The translations under genes were made by a program, and so were the position numbers. Under the pieces are notes generated by a model. It searched no databases and was not told the DNA's origin. It worked only from the letters and a program-made list of their open reading frames with translations. 64,000 nt of DNA from Takakia lepidozioides. Taxonomy: Eukaryota > Plantae > Bryophyta. The stretch lies in NCBI GenBank assembly GCA_030704615.1, contig CM060733.1, positions 30,008,001 through 30,072,000 on the forward strand, written 5' to 3'. Shown here one piece after another: positions 52,070-63,656 of the stretch (its first letter is position 1; each line of letters begins with the position of its first letter).

Positions 52070-53386
52070 CGCACTTTTAGGGGGTGATCAAGTGAATTGC
52101 GATGCATTTCACATCAAGGCCTTTTTGGAATTCCCTACCCACCCCCGAAAGGGGGTATCCACAAAGGGAAGAGGCTCTTATTTACGCTAGCTTCGGTTGG
52201 CGTCATATATATATATATATATACATATATGTTGGCCCGCCACATGTTTGAATCCCTTTCGTAACTACACATGTCTGCAACCCTCATTAATTCGCCACTT
52301 TGCCATGCTCTCTATAGCCTACCTATGCCAGCGCAGCAAGGCGAGCCCAAACCTGCCAGCCAAGGTAGCGAGGCACCAAGCTTGCACGGCAAGGGTTTTT
52401 ACTACTCCTCCGCAATCTTGGAAATTGGCCCCGCCAAACGGGCCCGTAGAATGCATTTGGCAGGGCATTTTGGCCTTGCACCGCTGGAGATGCTCTAAGT
52501 CGACTGCAACGCCATAGGGATTGAGCTTAGAGGAAGCAAAGGCCGCATAGCTTGTTGCTGAATCAACTGCTGCTCCATCAAGAATTGACCCTCTAAAGAC
52601 AGAAACAGCACCAAAGCTCTTCCCAAATGCGGAAACATGAGGAGAGCCCAGTTGCTCTCAACGTTTGACAGTTCGTGGGGAAAAATGGGTGTCTTCTGCA
52701 AGTGAATTTCTGACTCACGAGTTGTCTAGAACGGCTCCTGCCCTGACTGCTAGCAGTTCAGTCAGTGCTAGACTATCACTGGAGGTCGACGAAGCTGGAG
52801 GCACAGGCGTAGTTTTAGAAAAGGGAAATCGAGAGCTCAGTTGTCCTTTGACCCTCCTAAATGTAAGAGAGGTAGCATGTAGTTGTGTGCTCATTTGTAG
52901 CTTTTTTCCAGGACAACATCCCTCTCTCTCATATCTTCTCTTCCGAATTCCTATAGTTCTCTTGGTTTAGAGCATGGTCTCGTTTCTTAGCCTCCATGGC
53001 ATCTGTAAGGTTATTTTTTCCTTACCTTATTAATAAAGCTTTACAGAGCCTTTGTCCCTTGTTCTTTTGTATATATATATATATATGTATAGATCATTGA
53101 AACCTCATGGTCTTTTCAAATATTTGAAACGTCTAATTCATTTACATAACTAAGTTCTTCTTAGACTTTTCGCTGAATTTACGATGTCTCCCTCTTTCTC
53201 AAGCAATGTCAAATGTTACCACCGTATCTCATTAAAACTCAAGCTAATATTAACTCCCAAAAGAATAAAATTGATACATAACCCCAACATTTTTTGACAC
53301 ACTATTTGCTCATCTACAAAATTGATATAAAACCTCAAGAGACCTTGAATGCATAAAAGTTAAGTTTTGATGTGCATCATCCATAT

Positions 53387-56300
53387 TCAACAGAAATAAG
53401 GGAATTCCATTATGGGTTTTTCTTCCTCCTCCTCTTTTATAATGACTTTTGGTAGTCTTGGATTGTGATCATGTAGCCACGTAGCTAACCATCTCTGACC
53501 ATAATTAAGATTCGTCAACATGATGATTTCATAGTGCAAAAAAGAGACATCATACTTTCATTTGTTTCATCGACAATTTTTAAAAACACATGAATTTCTT
53601 TCAATTGGCGTAATTTGTCAAAACAAATAAAACCCATTAATTTGGTATGAGGAGGATACAACTGCACTTGGTGTATCGCAAGCAGGTTTGGCTTTGGCAA
53701 GGGCTGTCAAGCCTTTAAGCAACACCGGCTGCACACCTACCTTAAAATAATCAGCTGCTTCTTTTGGAGTTGGATAAGGCTCCAATATCACTACAAAAAA
53801 AAATTGGACAATTTTGAAAATGACATTCGAGGACAAAAAAAAGAAGCCGGAGAGCTTAGAGTTTTTTTTAATGAAAAAAGACAAACAAAATTTATATGTC
53901 TACATGATGATGAAAGACCAAAAATAATATAATAGTTGGACCCCAATAAATAGCTCCTACCTAATTTCCTCCTCATTGCAAAATTACCTTTGTGAAAATA
54001 TTGAATATAGGGCATGACAGACAGATAGGAAAAATTGACTTTTGTTGGCTTAATTGGAACCTATTGCAAGCCTCTAATGAAAATGTTTGCAATTCTAAAA
54101 GTTGGTGGAAGTTGCCTAGTAATTTAGTTGCTTGAAGTAGAATATACCTGTTGGGAAGAAAAATTTGATTTCTTTTTCTGCATGAGTTGGGGTATCACTA
54201 CTGTGGATTGTATTCATTCGTCCATCTACTCCATATAATGCACGGATCCTGCCACATGCGATAAATCATTATATAATAATCATTAATATAATATATTGTG
54301 ATGTATTATTATCCAAGCCATATTTGACAGTGTAGATAAGATTTGTGGTTAGCTGTTGGTGAGGCGTTGCATCAAATTTGTGGTTTAATTTGCCGACTAA
54401 CATAACTAATTTGTTGCGTTGTCTAACTTTTTTATTGAAGTCTTTTTTTGTTAATCCTCGCGAGTCGTAATATTTGCAACACATTTCACAATGACTTTAT
54501 TTTTATTTTATTTTATACCATAAATAATGTTCCAAAAACTACATTCATGGAAATATGAAGCCGATTGTACAAACCTCGGGCCTTTATGTTTCTCATTGCA
54601 TCTTTGTAAAAATATACTAAGTCAATTCTAGCTCATCAATGATGCCCATGGGCATTGGACAGTATAATCAAATATTAACACTAGCTTTTCATAAGTCAGG
54701 ACCATTTGATCAAATTGAATGACACCTACAACTCCCGGACCCTGGTTGAGCAACCCAGGTATCGTTCTCATCATAGATCAATTCAGAACATGTAATATAG
54801 TTTCGCAAGAGATGTAATATAGGTGAAATGTACCTATGGCGCAATTGTGTGCTAATCCTTGAATAGCAAACATGAAACAAATGAGGGAGTGAGACCCAAT
54901 ACGTTTGAGGAGCTTCTCTTCGAGCACGATTTGAATCTTTTGGGCCAATGAGCGCTCGGAATGCTCGACAACAATTATCCCTCACCAACACCATGACATG
55001 TACTGACCGACTGTCTTTTCACCACCCACATAACATTAAAATAAATAATCATAATGTCTTACTGTTAACATCTCACATATGTTTGCATGAAAGATGTATT
55101 GTGTCTCCAATGGACTTCTTAAATTGGTATTACAATAGCAACTAAGAACCTGAACATATAAGTGATGACATTTGAATATGACTAAAACTAGACTTACTTG
55201 AAAGGTTCCTGGTTGTAATTTCAATATATTATTCATAATATACAGGATTAAAGAAAATCTAGATGTGGTAGGTTGAGACTGAAAGGGGGGATCATAGTTG
55301 TGCCTCAAGGAAACAACCGGATTTTTTATGCATCCGTTGCTTGGTTGTAAATGGTGCACAAGTTCTCACATTGATTGAGATGGATATCTGATCAGATTTC
55401 CCCATCATACAAAGGCAATGGTGGCCTCGTTTTGCTTGCTGCCATAGCCATTGGTGCTAGTATCCAATTGCTTAGTAGGGCACATAGTCCCCCCTCAAAT
55501 ATGACGTCCAAAACCATATGTTGTAAGCAAAGCGTAATAGGAGAATCATTCAAACCCCTTGTTGGATGTCATAAAGGCGTCCGCCGTCACCAGAAGGTTG
55601 CTCTTTGGGATCAAGAGACACCATAATTTATGCTTGCTAATTCGGCGTTCGTCCACATTATAAATATATAACCTCACTTGAGGACTCCAAAGTCCCCAAG
55701 TACCTACACATTGGTTTACCTAATGACCCTTTTTTATAATTGGGTTGGTTATAATAGATGATATTTTGCATGCAACATACATATGTGATTTTGAACCCAC
55801 AACATCAATAATATGACAACTTGTTGTCTAACCACAAGGCCATTTGATGGATGTTGTTTTAAGACATGATGTAATAACAGTAATTGTCTTTGATAAAAAA
55901 AATATTCTTAAACATGTGACGCACATAAACACACCTTATCATGAACCGAATAAGAGTTTCAAAATATGGCATTTTCGCATGGACATGATAAAATTGTTCT
56001 GCTCTCACACGTGTGAACTGTAGTAAGAAAAGAAATTTTCTTATCAACAAAATATCTCCGGAACTAAAGATGAAATTGGACTATTAGGCCACTATTTGTT
56101 TTTCTTTTTTTTCAGTCCATTATTAATCCAAATTGGTAACAAAATTTAATATTAATCTTTTTTAGTTTTTTTAATGTTATATTTAATATGGTAGAATTTT
56201 TTTTATTTTTATTTTTATTTTTTTCTTCTTCTGGGTGATAAGATCTAAATAGAAATAATCATTTGTCAGACTTGTACAATGTAATTTGATATGCTCCATT

Positions 56301-58706
56301 TGTCCACAATATAGATCAACCAGCCTTACATGAATCTACTTTAGGGTTTGCAATTATCTCAAAATTAAGTATATTTATTGTATACTTGAACTAATAAATA
56401 ACATATTAATACATAACAAAAACTTTGAATTGGAACTTTAATGCTACTACAAAAATAAAATGTCATTGTACTCATATTGCTTATCTAGGTCATAGAGAGA
56501 GAAGACTCCGGCCGAAGCCGGCGTAACTAAGAGCCACTTGGCTACCGCCCTTTCGGGGGTGGGCCCTATCTAGGTCATATATATATAAACCAAGGGTCGA
56601 TATAGGCCGGCTTGGAAATGCATTGAAAGCACATGGGACAAAAAAAACCATGCCGAGCCGTGAAGACTTCCAACTGTGAAGACTTACAACACGGATCCAT
56701 CCTGTGACAAAGAAGAATGGAAAACAATGCAGTCCAACGCCATGAAAAGTCCAAGTGAAATTGAAAGAGCCTAGGGGAGAGAGACCAAACATGACAAGAA
56801 CTGAACATAGTATTATAGAAGTAATTGACTACACAATGATTTATAAGCAAGGAGATCCTTATACTTGAGCTGTGTTATGAAAGATGTATTACGAATAATG
56901 ATATGTGATATTCCATCTTTGCCTATCTCTTATAGCTCAAACAAAACAGCTGCAAGACCAAAACTTCGGGGACAACATAAAAGACTATAAACAGAAAAGC
57001 TAAATGCATATTGTGGTGAAAGAACTCGATCGTATCTCAATTGATTGTACTTTGAATATAGAGCATATTCATACAAAATGTGAAAATAGACAAAGATGTC
57101 CAACTCAATTATTGCCATCAACTCATTATATTATTAATTCATAAAAACATTCGCAAACTTGTAGGTTAGTACAACATTACTTTTACAAGATAAAAATATA
57201 TGAATGACATTTAATTAATCTCAGTTCTAGCAACAACATAAGCTTTTATAGTCTTCTACTGAAAAAATAAAATATGTGAAATACATAGAAAGTTCACATA
57301 TGGATTTTGTTCTATATAAGTGCTCATCAACCGTCAAGTTATTTAGAGTGCATGAAAGGTTTATAAATCTAAGTACCCTAGTACCTTGGCAAGATCAACA
57401 ATCATCTGTCGAAAATTTATTTTAATTTGAGAATTTCATTTCAACATATGGAATATTCTTAAAGATGCTTTATTATCATTCACAAATTTACTTAATTTCA
57501 CAAAGTAAATTTTCAAAATTTTCAACAATCTTTGAAATATTAAAATTTGTGTCGAAATTGCCAAGGTACTACGATATGTATGCATCACAATACTCTATAA
57601 ACGAAACGTATCAACAACATATAAATAATGAATTCCACATATGGATCCTATTGATCTGTATGCACATGAAGCTTCATGAGGTCTGTATTTGAGGTCTCTC
57701 GTCAGAATGAAAGAGGTTTAGGGTATACATCAAGTTCAAATGGAGGACTATAACACTTATAATAGAGGAGAATCATAGCAAGAAATTCTATGTTACTTAA
57801 AATTTAATGGCATGTGTAGTACTAACGTTCAAAAAAATACTCGTTGAATAATCTTCAACCTAAAGAAGGAAGTTTGAGAGAAGAAAATACGAAGAAACAT
57901 TAATTTTACCACAAGCATATTGCGACCAAACATTCATGAAAATAATGTGCTAAAATGGCACAAGATATATTAGAAATAAAATTTGACCAGAAATAGACGG
58001 ATGTTTTAATTCTTGATTAAGGTATGAGCCATATGCCTAGTCCACACAAACATCTAAATTTGCAATCGAACATTGGAAAACAACAACAAGAACAACAAAT
58101 TTATAGGTAGACAAAACATCAGTTTTTAGGAAAGTTCTATATATGAGAATGTGGCCTGCTTTCCACTTTAAAAAGGAAATATGGGTTTTGCAACAAGAAG
58201 AACAAGGAAATGACAACATATTTTTAGACATTCTACACGAATGTGTGGATTTCTATATTTATGTAACTCATATAGAGTGGTTCAATAAACTGTTTTATAT
58301 TAAAAATATAACACAAAATTGATTCAGTTACAAGCTATGTACGTAACTGGAGATGTAAAAGCTTGTATAAGAAGACAAAGGATGAATATGAAAGAAAGAA
58401 AGAAAGAGGAATTAGATAATCCATTTTGAGACGGGAAGACAAGTAGCTTAGAAAAATAATTTCACTAAAGCTAACACAAGTAGATATATATATAGTATGT
58501 CATAAGAGCTTCAAAAAGGGCCAGAAAAGGTGGAGATATGGATTATATGAAAGTGTTACCTTGAATTTTCCTTCAACAATTACATTGAAGCCAAACATAT
58601 GGATCATATGGCATATTGCCGATTTGTAGCCCATCCGCATGGCATCAGGCTTGATGATGCACAATGTGGAATCCATTGGAAATAAAGCACTCGTAACTCT
58701 CACCAT
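53387..58706 (-). CDS. NME5: Nucleoside diphosphate kinase homolog 5-like (NME5/RSP23 type) with C-terminal Dpy-30 motif, 225 aa
   Basis: Phase-consistent exons 58706-58560 (TLCIIKPDA), 56017-55935 (AEQFY..H..MPYF..L..FM), 55010-54903 (FRALIGP), 54248-54148 (IRALYG..NTIHSSD..EIKFFFP), 53790-53660 (VQPVLLKGLTALAKAKP) and 53494-53387 (WLATWLHDHNP). Confidence 0.9.
56495..56566 (-). mobile_element. 72-bp retroposed structured element with (TC)n tail and target-site duplication
   Basis: Flanked by tatctaggtcata at 56482-56494 and 56567-56579. The minus strand carries a ccc-GAAA-ggg hairpin and a ccggc-TTCG-gccgg hairpin. Confidence 0.75.
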
Positions 58707-59600
58707 TTTGATTGCTCTTATATATGATTGTTTAATTTAATGAAGCACTAAATTACTTCTTAATCCTCACTAACAAGATATGTGTGATTGTTTAAAGCAA
58801 TATTTATGCGTAGAACTAATTAATTGACTTCCTCGAAGCTTAATGTTTTTGGTAGAAGTCAGTAAACCATGACACTAATTACTTCATGGAATGGTCCATC
58901 TGTTGAGGTTAGTTAAAGGTTGTTATTTTTGAGGTACAATGTGGGTTGAATTGCGCCTTGGAACGTCCTTGCACAATCCTTTAATAGAAAAATGAAAGTA
59001 ATTGACTAAACAATCTGCGAAGTGAAGCTTTGGCCAACATCTACTTAACATGATATATTGTACTAAACAGTGAAATTAGAACAAGGGTTACAATGTCATG
59101 TACTTTAAAAACCATTAAACTAACACAATGTCTTGCATAGATACTAAACCTCCAAAGACGCATAAGCAAGTGAGAAATCTTAGGGGCTCCTAAGCCTTTT
59201 ATATGGCATTGATTACTAAAATTCGGTTATTAGATCTTCACAAATATGAAGATTATGTGGGGTCTTAAAACCCTAGGAATCTCCTTGAAAACTTTTTAAA
59301 TCTCCTCACACAAACAAACAAACAAAAAGAGAGATGGTTATTTTTCTCTTCCACTCCTTCCGCGAGTTAACCAACCAAACCATTGGCCCGGATCAGGCTG
59401 GACCGATAGCACATTTGAGGTTGACGACCAGTCTTATATTTAAATTTTTAACAAGCATTTGAATATATTTTTTGGTCGTAAACTAAATTTGAGGTTCAAC
59501 CATTAAATAGAAAGTTCAACCAGTAAGTTGGTGCTGGTGCTGGTTTGAGACATTCACAACCAAACAAAATACACACTGTGGTTTAGAAAGAAAAACCACC

Positions 59601-59816
59601 AGTCGGTAGCTCAGTTGTGGATAGAGCACTGGGTGGCATGATCCTGGGCTCAAATCCTGCTGCGTTGTTAGGCGTGGTATAATCTTCTCCCCCTTCCCTT
59701 GGGCGGTGTCCGGTGCCTCATGGCGAGGTTACTATGAATGAGGTGATTTTCTCCTCTCACTATAATTAAGGGGCCTGATTTGTCCACGGTCGCTCCGGGC
59801 AAATCCCTTTTCAAAA
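59601..59816 (+). mobile_element. tRNA-derived SINE
   Basis: A-box tagctcagttgtgg (about 59608), B-box ggctcaaatcc (about 59647), an unrelated body, and a ttttcaaaaa end. It does not fold as a full cloverleaf. Confidence 0.6.
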
Positions 59817-59820
59817 AGAA

Positions 59821-59928
59821 GAGAGAGAGAAGACTCCGACCGCAGCTGGCGCAACTAAAAGCCACTTCACCCACTTCACCTTGCGGCTACAGCCCCTTTT
59901 CAGGGGTGGGCCCTATAAGAAAGACAGG
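59821..59928 (-). repeat. Further copy of the structured (TC)n-tailed element
   Basis: gagagagaagactccgaccgcagctggcgcaactaaaagccactt...ggggtgggccctataagaaagacagg. Confidence 0.7.
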
Positions 59929-60194
59929 TGTCTTGTAGGACACCACAAGTAACTTCAAAAAGAAAAAGAAAAAGAGAGAGAAAAAGAAAAAGTGATTGCC
60001 ATCATACTAGGGGGGATAATATGTAACCAAAACCTTAAATGTTTTATTTATTGGCTGGGAAATAACGACACTATCTGAAGCATGCCGCCAGCCTGCCATA
60101 ACATTTTAGCTCAACTCTATAGGACTCCCTAAATAGCCTCATCAAAAAAGGTATCTTGGTACAATGGTTGCTATTCAGCTAACACACAAGGTCA

Positions 60195-61495
60195 TGGGTT
60201 ACCTGTCAAAGACCAGGTCTTTGTTTATGAGATCAGGCAGCAACTGTTTCAAAAAGGACCTTAGTTGCAATTGTCTTTATGTAGGGTAGAAGCACCGTTC
60301 ATGGTGCCAGCAGGACGATGCGTTGATATACCTGCCAAATGTATACATTTCCCATTCCGATCCACTCACCATTCTCACCACTTCTGCCTTCAGGAAGAAA
60401 GCCAACCCAGTACATGTGCTTGTTGTAAGAACACCTGATCTCTCAAGTGAGTCCTGAACCCCAATGGAATACGCTCCACTCCAGGTTCAGGGCAGCCTGC
60501 ATGACCACACAAACCACAATCAAAAGATTCTCTTAATTGGTGGTAAAGTCAGCTTGACAATCTTATATATCAGTGACCCTTTAATGTGCCAGATAGAAGA
60601 AGAGGATATGTTCCGATGCATATCAAGGCATTTGCAGTCTTAAACCCTAAACTAGAGGAAAGAGTCCTGACATACTGATTGGTTTAGACAAAGGGCGGTT
60701 GTAAGCATTACACTCTGATGGAAGTGACTTATTATAGTTAACAGCACTGATCACCCATGTTTCCGATGCAGCAGTCATCTCTGTTGGTGGGTGCCCCAGG
60801 AAAGCCTAGGCGGATTGTTACTGCTAAGCCCAATCTGGATGACCTTTCAATTGGACAAACAAGCTAGGGGACATACTGCTGTAGTGTTGTGATTTCAAAA
60901 TTTTCAATAGTTGGAGATCTCAAACCTCAACCTTGTTCTGAGGTGGGGTCGCACAAGCAGCTTGTTGAAATTTGTGTGGTAACTTGAGTTTTGTGGTTCG
61001 ATCCTGGGCGAGGGTGCTGTGAATTCCCCGTGGGTAATGGCATATCATCAGTCCGATGCAGTGGCTCAATTTCCATGGTGTGGTGGCATTGGTGTATCAC
61101 ACAACCCAACCTAAAAAGAAACTACGTACACTTACCATGTGCAATGTTCTCAAAATATCGCGTTTGAGAGATTGAAGACCTGCCCGAGTCACAAATAGGA
61201 ATTTCTGTTGCATCCATCAGCAAATCCTTACATGCATATACCCTGCTATGTCTGGGGGCAGAGATCTGCAAACAAAGTTAGAGTGTATCGTAAATCCATT
61301 GTAGCTACCGTAGGTTTTCTTCAGGATCGTCAGTCCGCAGCGCCCAATTCTTCAAACATGTTGGAATAGAAAGCGATGCTTTGAACCCGAGTCTTCACTC
61401 CCACTGCGACACCATGTTGACTCCCAGGCGTTTCAATTTCATTTCAGATGCAAGTCTGTAATTTGAGGCATAACGGATTATGTCCCCAGATTGCA
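60195..61495 (-). pseudogene. Inverted, deleted vasohibin paralogue (unprocessed pseudogene)
   Basis: The reverse complement aligns by eye with about 13350-14075 and 14815-15420, introns included (e.g. ggagcgtattccattggggttcaggactcacttgagagatcag and cagttgctgcctgatctcataaacaaagacctgg). The exons carrying EYRH and PIKC are absent, and there are indels. Confidence 0.85.
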
Positions 61496-61674
61496 ACCAT
61501 GAATGACCGACCTGTTCACAAGTTGTTCACAAATATTCAGCGTTCAGAGTGTGTTCGTGAGCATGTTTGGAGAGAGAAGGACGTGCCCAGTAGACTTTGC
61601 TTGCCGTAGCCTGTCGCCAAAGCGCACGCCGAGGCCAGTGGACATAAATTGAAGCGCACCGCAATGAAAATATT

Positions 61675-61720
61675 ATCCCATATCGATTGCCCGATTTTTC
61701 AGTCCGGTTTGGTATATAAA
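61675..61720 (+). promoter_or_regulatory. Plant snRNA promoter: USE plus TATA
   Basis: ATCCCATATCG (61675-61685) vs consensus RTCCCACATCG. TATATAAA at 61713-61720, about 31 bp before the U2 start. Confidence 0.75.
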
Positions 61721-61743
61721 CTCCAAGGCTCGACATTTATGAC

Positions 61744-61936
61744 AATTCTTTCTCGGCCTTTCGGCTAAGATCAAGCGTAGTATCTGTTCTTATCAGTTTG
61801 ATATCTGATACGAGATTCATCGAGTCTCATGATGTTAATCTAATATTTCTCGGGTGCGATCCCACCCGGCAGCTTGCTGCCCGGGCCCGCGCGGGTCGCC
61901 TTGGTATTGCACTGCCTCCGTAGCCGGCGCAACCCT
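61744..61936 (+). ncRNA. U2: U2 spliceosomal snRNA (variant or pseudogene)
   Basis: tttctcggcctttcggctaagatcaagcGTAGTAtctgttcttatcagtttgatatctgata. Stem IIb gagattc/gagtctc, stem III gcagc-tt-gctgc, loop IV attgcac. A 3'-box-like agtgaaa lies downstream. Confidence 0.93.
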
Positions 61937-62867
61937 CCCCTAAGTAAGTGAAACATGGAGTAAGTTCATCTTTTTGATTGTCTAAATACTGTCAGTACTA
62001 CTACTGAAGATATACTGTACATTCAGAGTCCCTCAGCAAATATCCTCACCTAGTCAACAAGTTTAGTGTCATTTAGCAGTGTTGCTTACTAAAGTGTCCC
62101 AGCCCAAGCAGAGAGGAAAAACGGCAGAGATACTAATATCATTAGTATCAATTACATCATTAGTATACTCATTAGCTCTTACAAACCCGAAAGGTGACAT
62201 GAACCCAAACCCAGGTCTACTGTAAACGTCACCCAACTGGAAGGAGAGGTCTGTGTTGCTCTCAGCTGCACAAAGTGGAAAATTTATTGTAAACACCTGC
62301 CAGGATTAGTGAACAACTGGGGAATGCCTCCAACTGAATATTGGATAGTTTGTCGCAGAGCAAAAACATTGATAGCCTGTTCTGATCAATACAAGGCACA
62401 GTTGTTCACCTTTTCACTTCATATAACAGTTTGAAATCAGTTCTAGTCAGGGAAACATGAGAAGAAGATTGAAGGGTTTGTTTACTGTCAGATGAATTTA
62501 CAAAGCCTGGCGCCCATCGAGGGGCTATTGGTCAGTTGAAGGATTGACATGGTCTGTCACAAAATCTTAGTTACTCAGATTCGGCAACATGTCACCAGAA
62601 TCAAGTAACCCTGCCAAAAAATCAACCCTTTGTTGAAAAATGATGACATAGCTGAGGTTGAATGACTCAGAAGATAGGTTACTTTGTGACGCATCATCCA
62701 CCACTTTAGTCTTGGCATGGAGATAATTGGGCACCGCATAGATTCGCATACAGTGGTGCTGAATCCGGTAGTCTTGAGATTTAAGGGGCGATCTATAGAG
62801 AGCAGGTGAAGGTCACAACCTACCGCCATGTGAGTGGGGCCAGTTCTCTGGTCGAGGAGCTGTTTTG

Positions 62868-63656
62868 CTAGCTTAAGCAATGCTCCGATGTAGTTTCTGT
62901 CTCACTGTTAAGGGGAACACTGACTTTTGACTGCTCAAGTCCATCATGGGTAATCTTTGTCTCCTTGCTTAAGATGGCCATCTCCTCTCGGTCTTCCTTT
63001 GTCTGCAGTCCACTGTCTTTTACTGAAGGTTTTCGGGCACCTACAATATCATTAGTACAAGTTTCTATGGAGCCATCCATGGCGTATGCTTCTGCCTCTT
63101 GTTTCTTCTTTTCTTGCTTCTGTTTTGTGGTGCTGGTGTTGACTTTTGCTGCTCCATGTGTACCTTCCATGCTTTTGCAAGTCTTGAGTTTCCCTCCTTT
63201 TGGAATGCTAAGCTGTGGCAAGTCAAACATCTGCAATGTTGTAGTCACCACCATTTTTTCGATTACATGTTTGGGTGGTAAATCCATGTGCCCCTTTCGA
63301 TTTTTTCCCAAGTTGAATTTTGCACTTCCACCTTCACCTTTTGGAGCTCTCTGCCGTCTGCTTGGAAGGTCTTTCGCAGACTTGAGAGCCTTAATGGGAG
63401 GCCCAACAATCCCTTCTACCACCCTGAAAATGTGAACTCGAAATGTGAAGTTATTTTTGTCGATCAGCTCAAACACGCACACATCAGAGTCCTCAAGACA
63501 ATGGTCAATTGCAAACCGTCTCCAGCCCCCACTGATACCTGCATGGGCCTCATTGATTACGAATGTGGCAGGGTAATTCTTTCCAGTATCATCGATTAAT
63601 GTGATTGGTGCCCGTTCTGAAGGCATCCATTCTCTTGCAAATTTTTTGGGTAGTCC
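62868..63656 (-). CDS. B3 DNA-binding domain protein (REM-like), 5'-partial
   Basis: After the acceptor at 63657: GLPKKFAREWMP...ISGGWRRFAIDHCLEDSDVCVFEL...FRVHIFRV, then a low-complexity tail. Upstream exons are not identified in the window. Confidence 0.85.
   Translation of the reverse strand, partial: GLPKKFAREWMPSERAPITLIDDTGKNYPATFVINEAHAGISGGWRRFAIDHCLEDSDVCVFELIDKNNFTFRVHIFRVVEGIVGPPIKALKSAKDLPSRRQRAPKGEGGSAKFNLGKNRKGHMDLPPKHVIEKMVVTTTLQMFDLPQLSIPKGGKLKTCKSMEGTHGAAKVNTSTTKQKQEKKKQEAEAYAMDGSIETCTNDIVGARKPSVKDSGLQTKEDREEMAILSKETKITHDGLEQSKVSVPLNSETETTSEHCLS

Larger units (their letters stand above)
50509..52495. mobile_element. PIF/Harbinger (Tourist-like) MITE termini enclosing nested insertions
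   Basis: TIR GAGCATCTCC at 50509 and GGAGATGCTC ending at 52495, flanked by tga/taa. A direct repeat of about 48 bp lies at 50686-50734 and 52244-52291. Confidence 0.7.

Noticed and set aside
52495-52830. Minus-strand stop-interrupted frame resembling a retroelement ORF1
   Set aside because: There is no diagnostic motif; it cannot be supported without a search.
59601-59665. Possible tRNA gene
   Set aside because: A and B boxes are present but there is no acceptor or anticodon stem pairing, so it was treated as a SINE head. A more decayed head at about 55790-55845 (-) was not listed as a feature.
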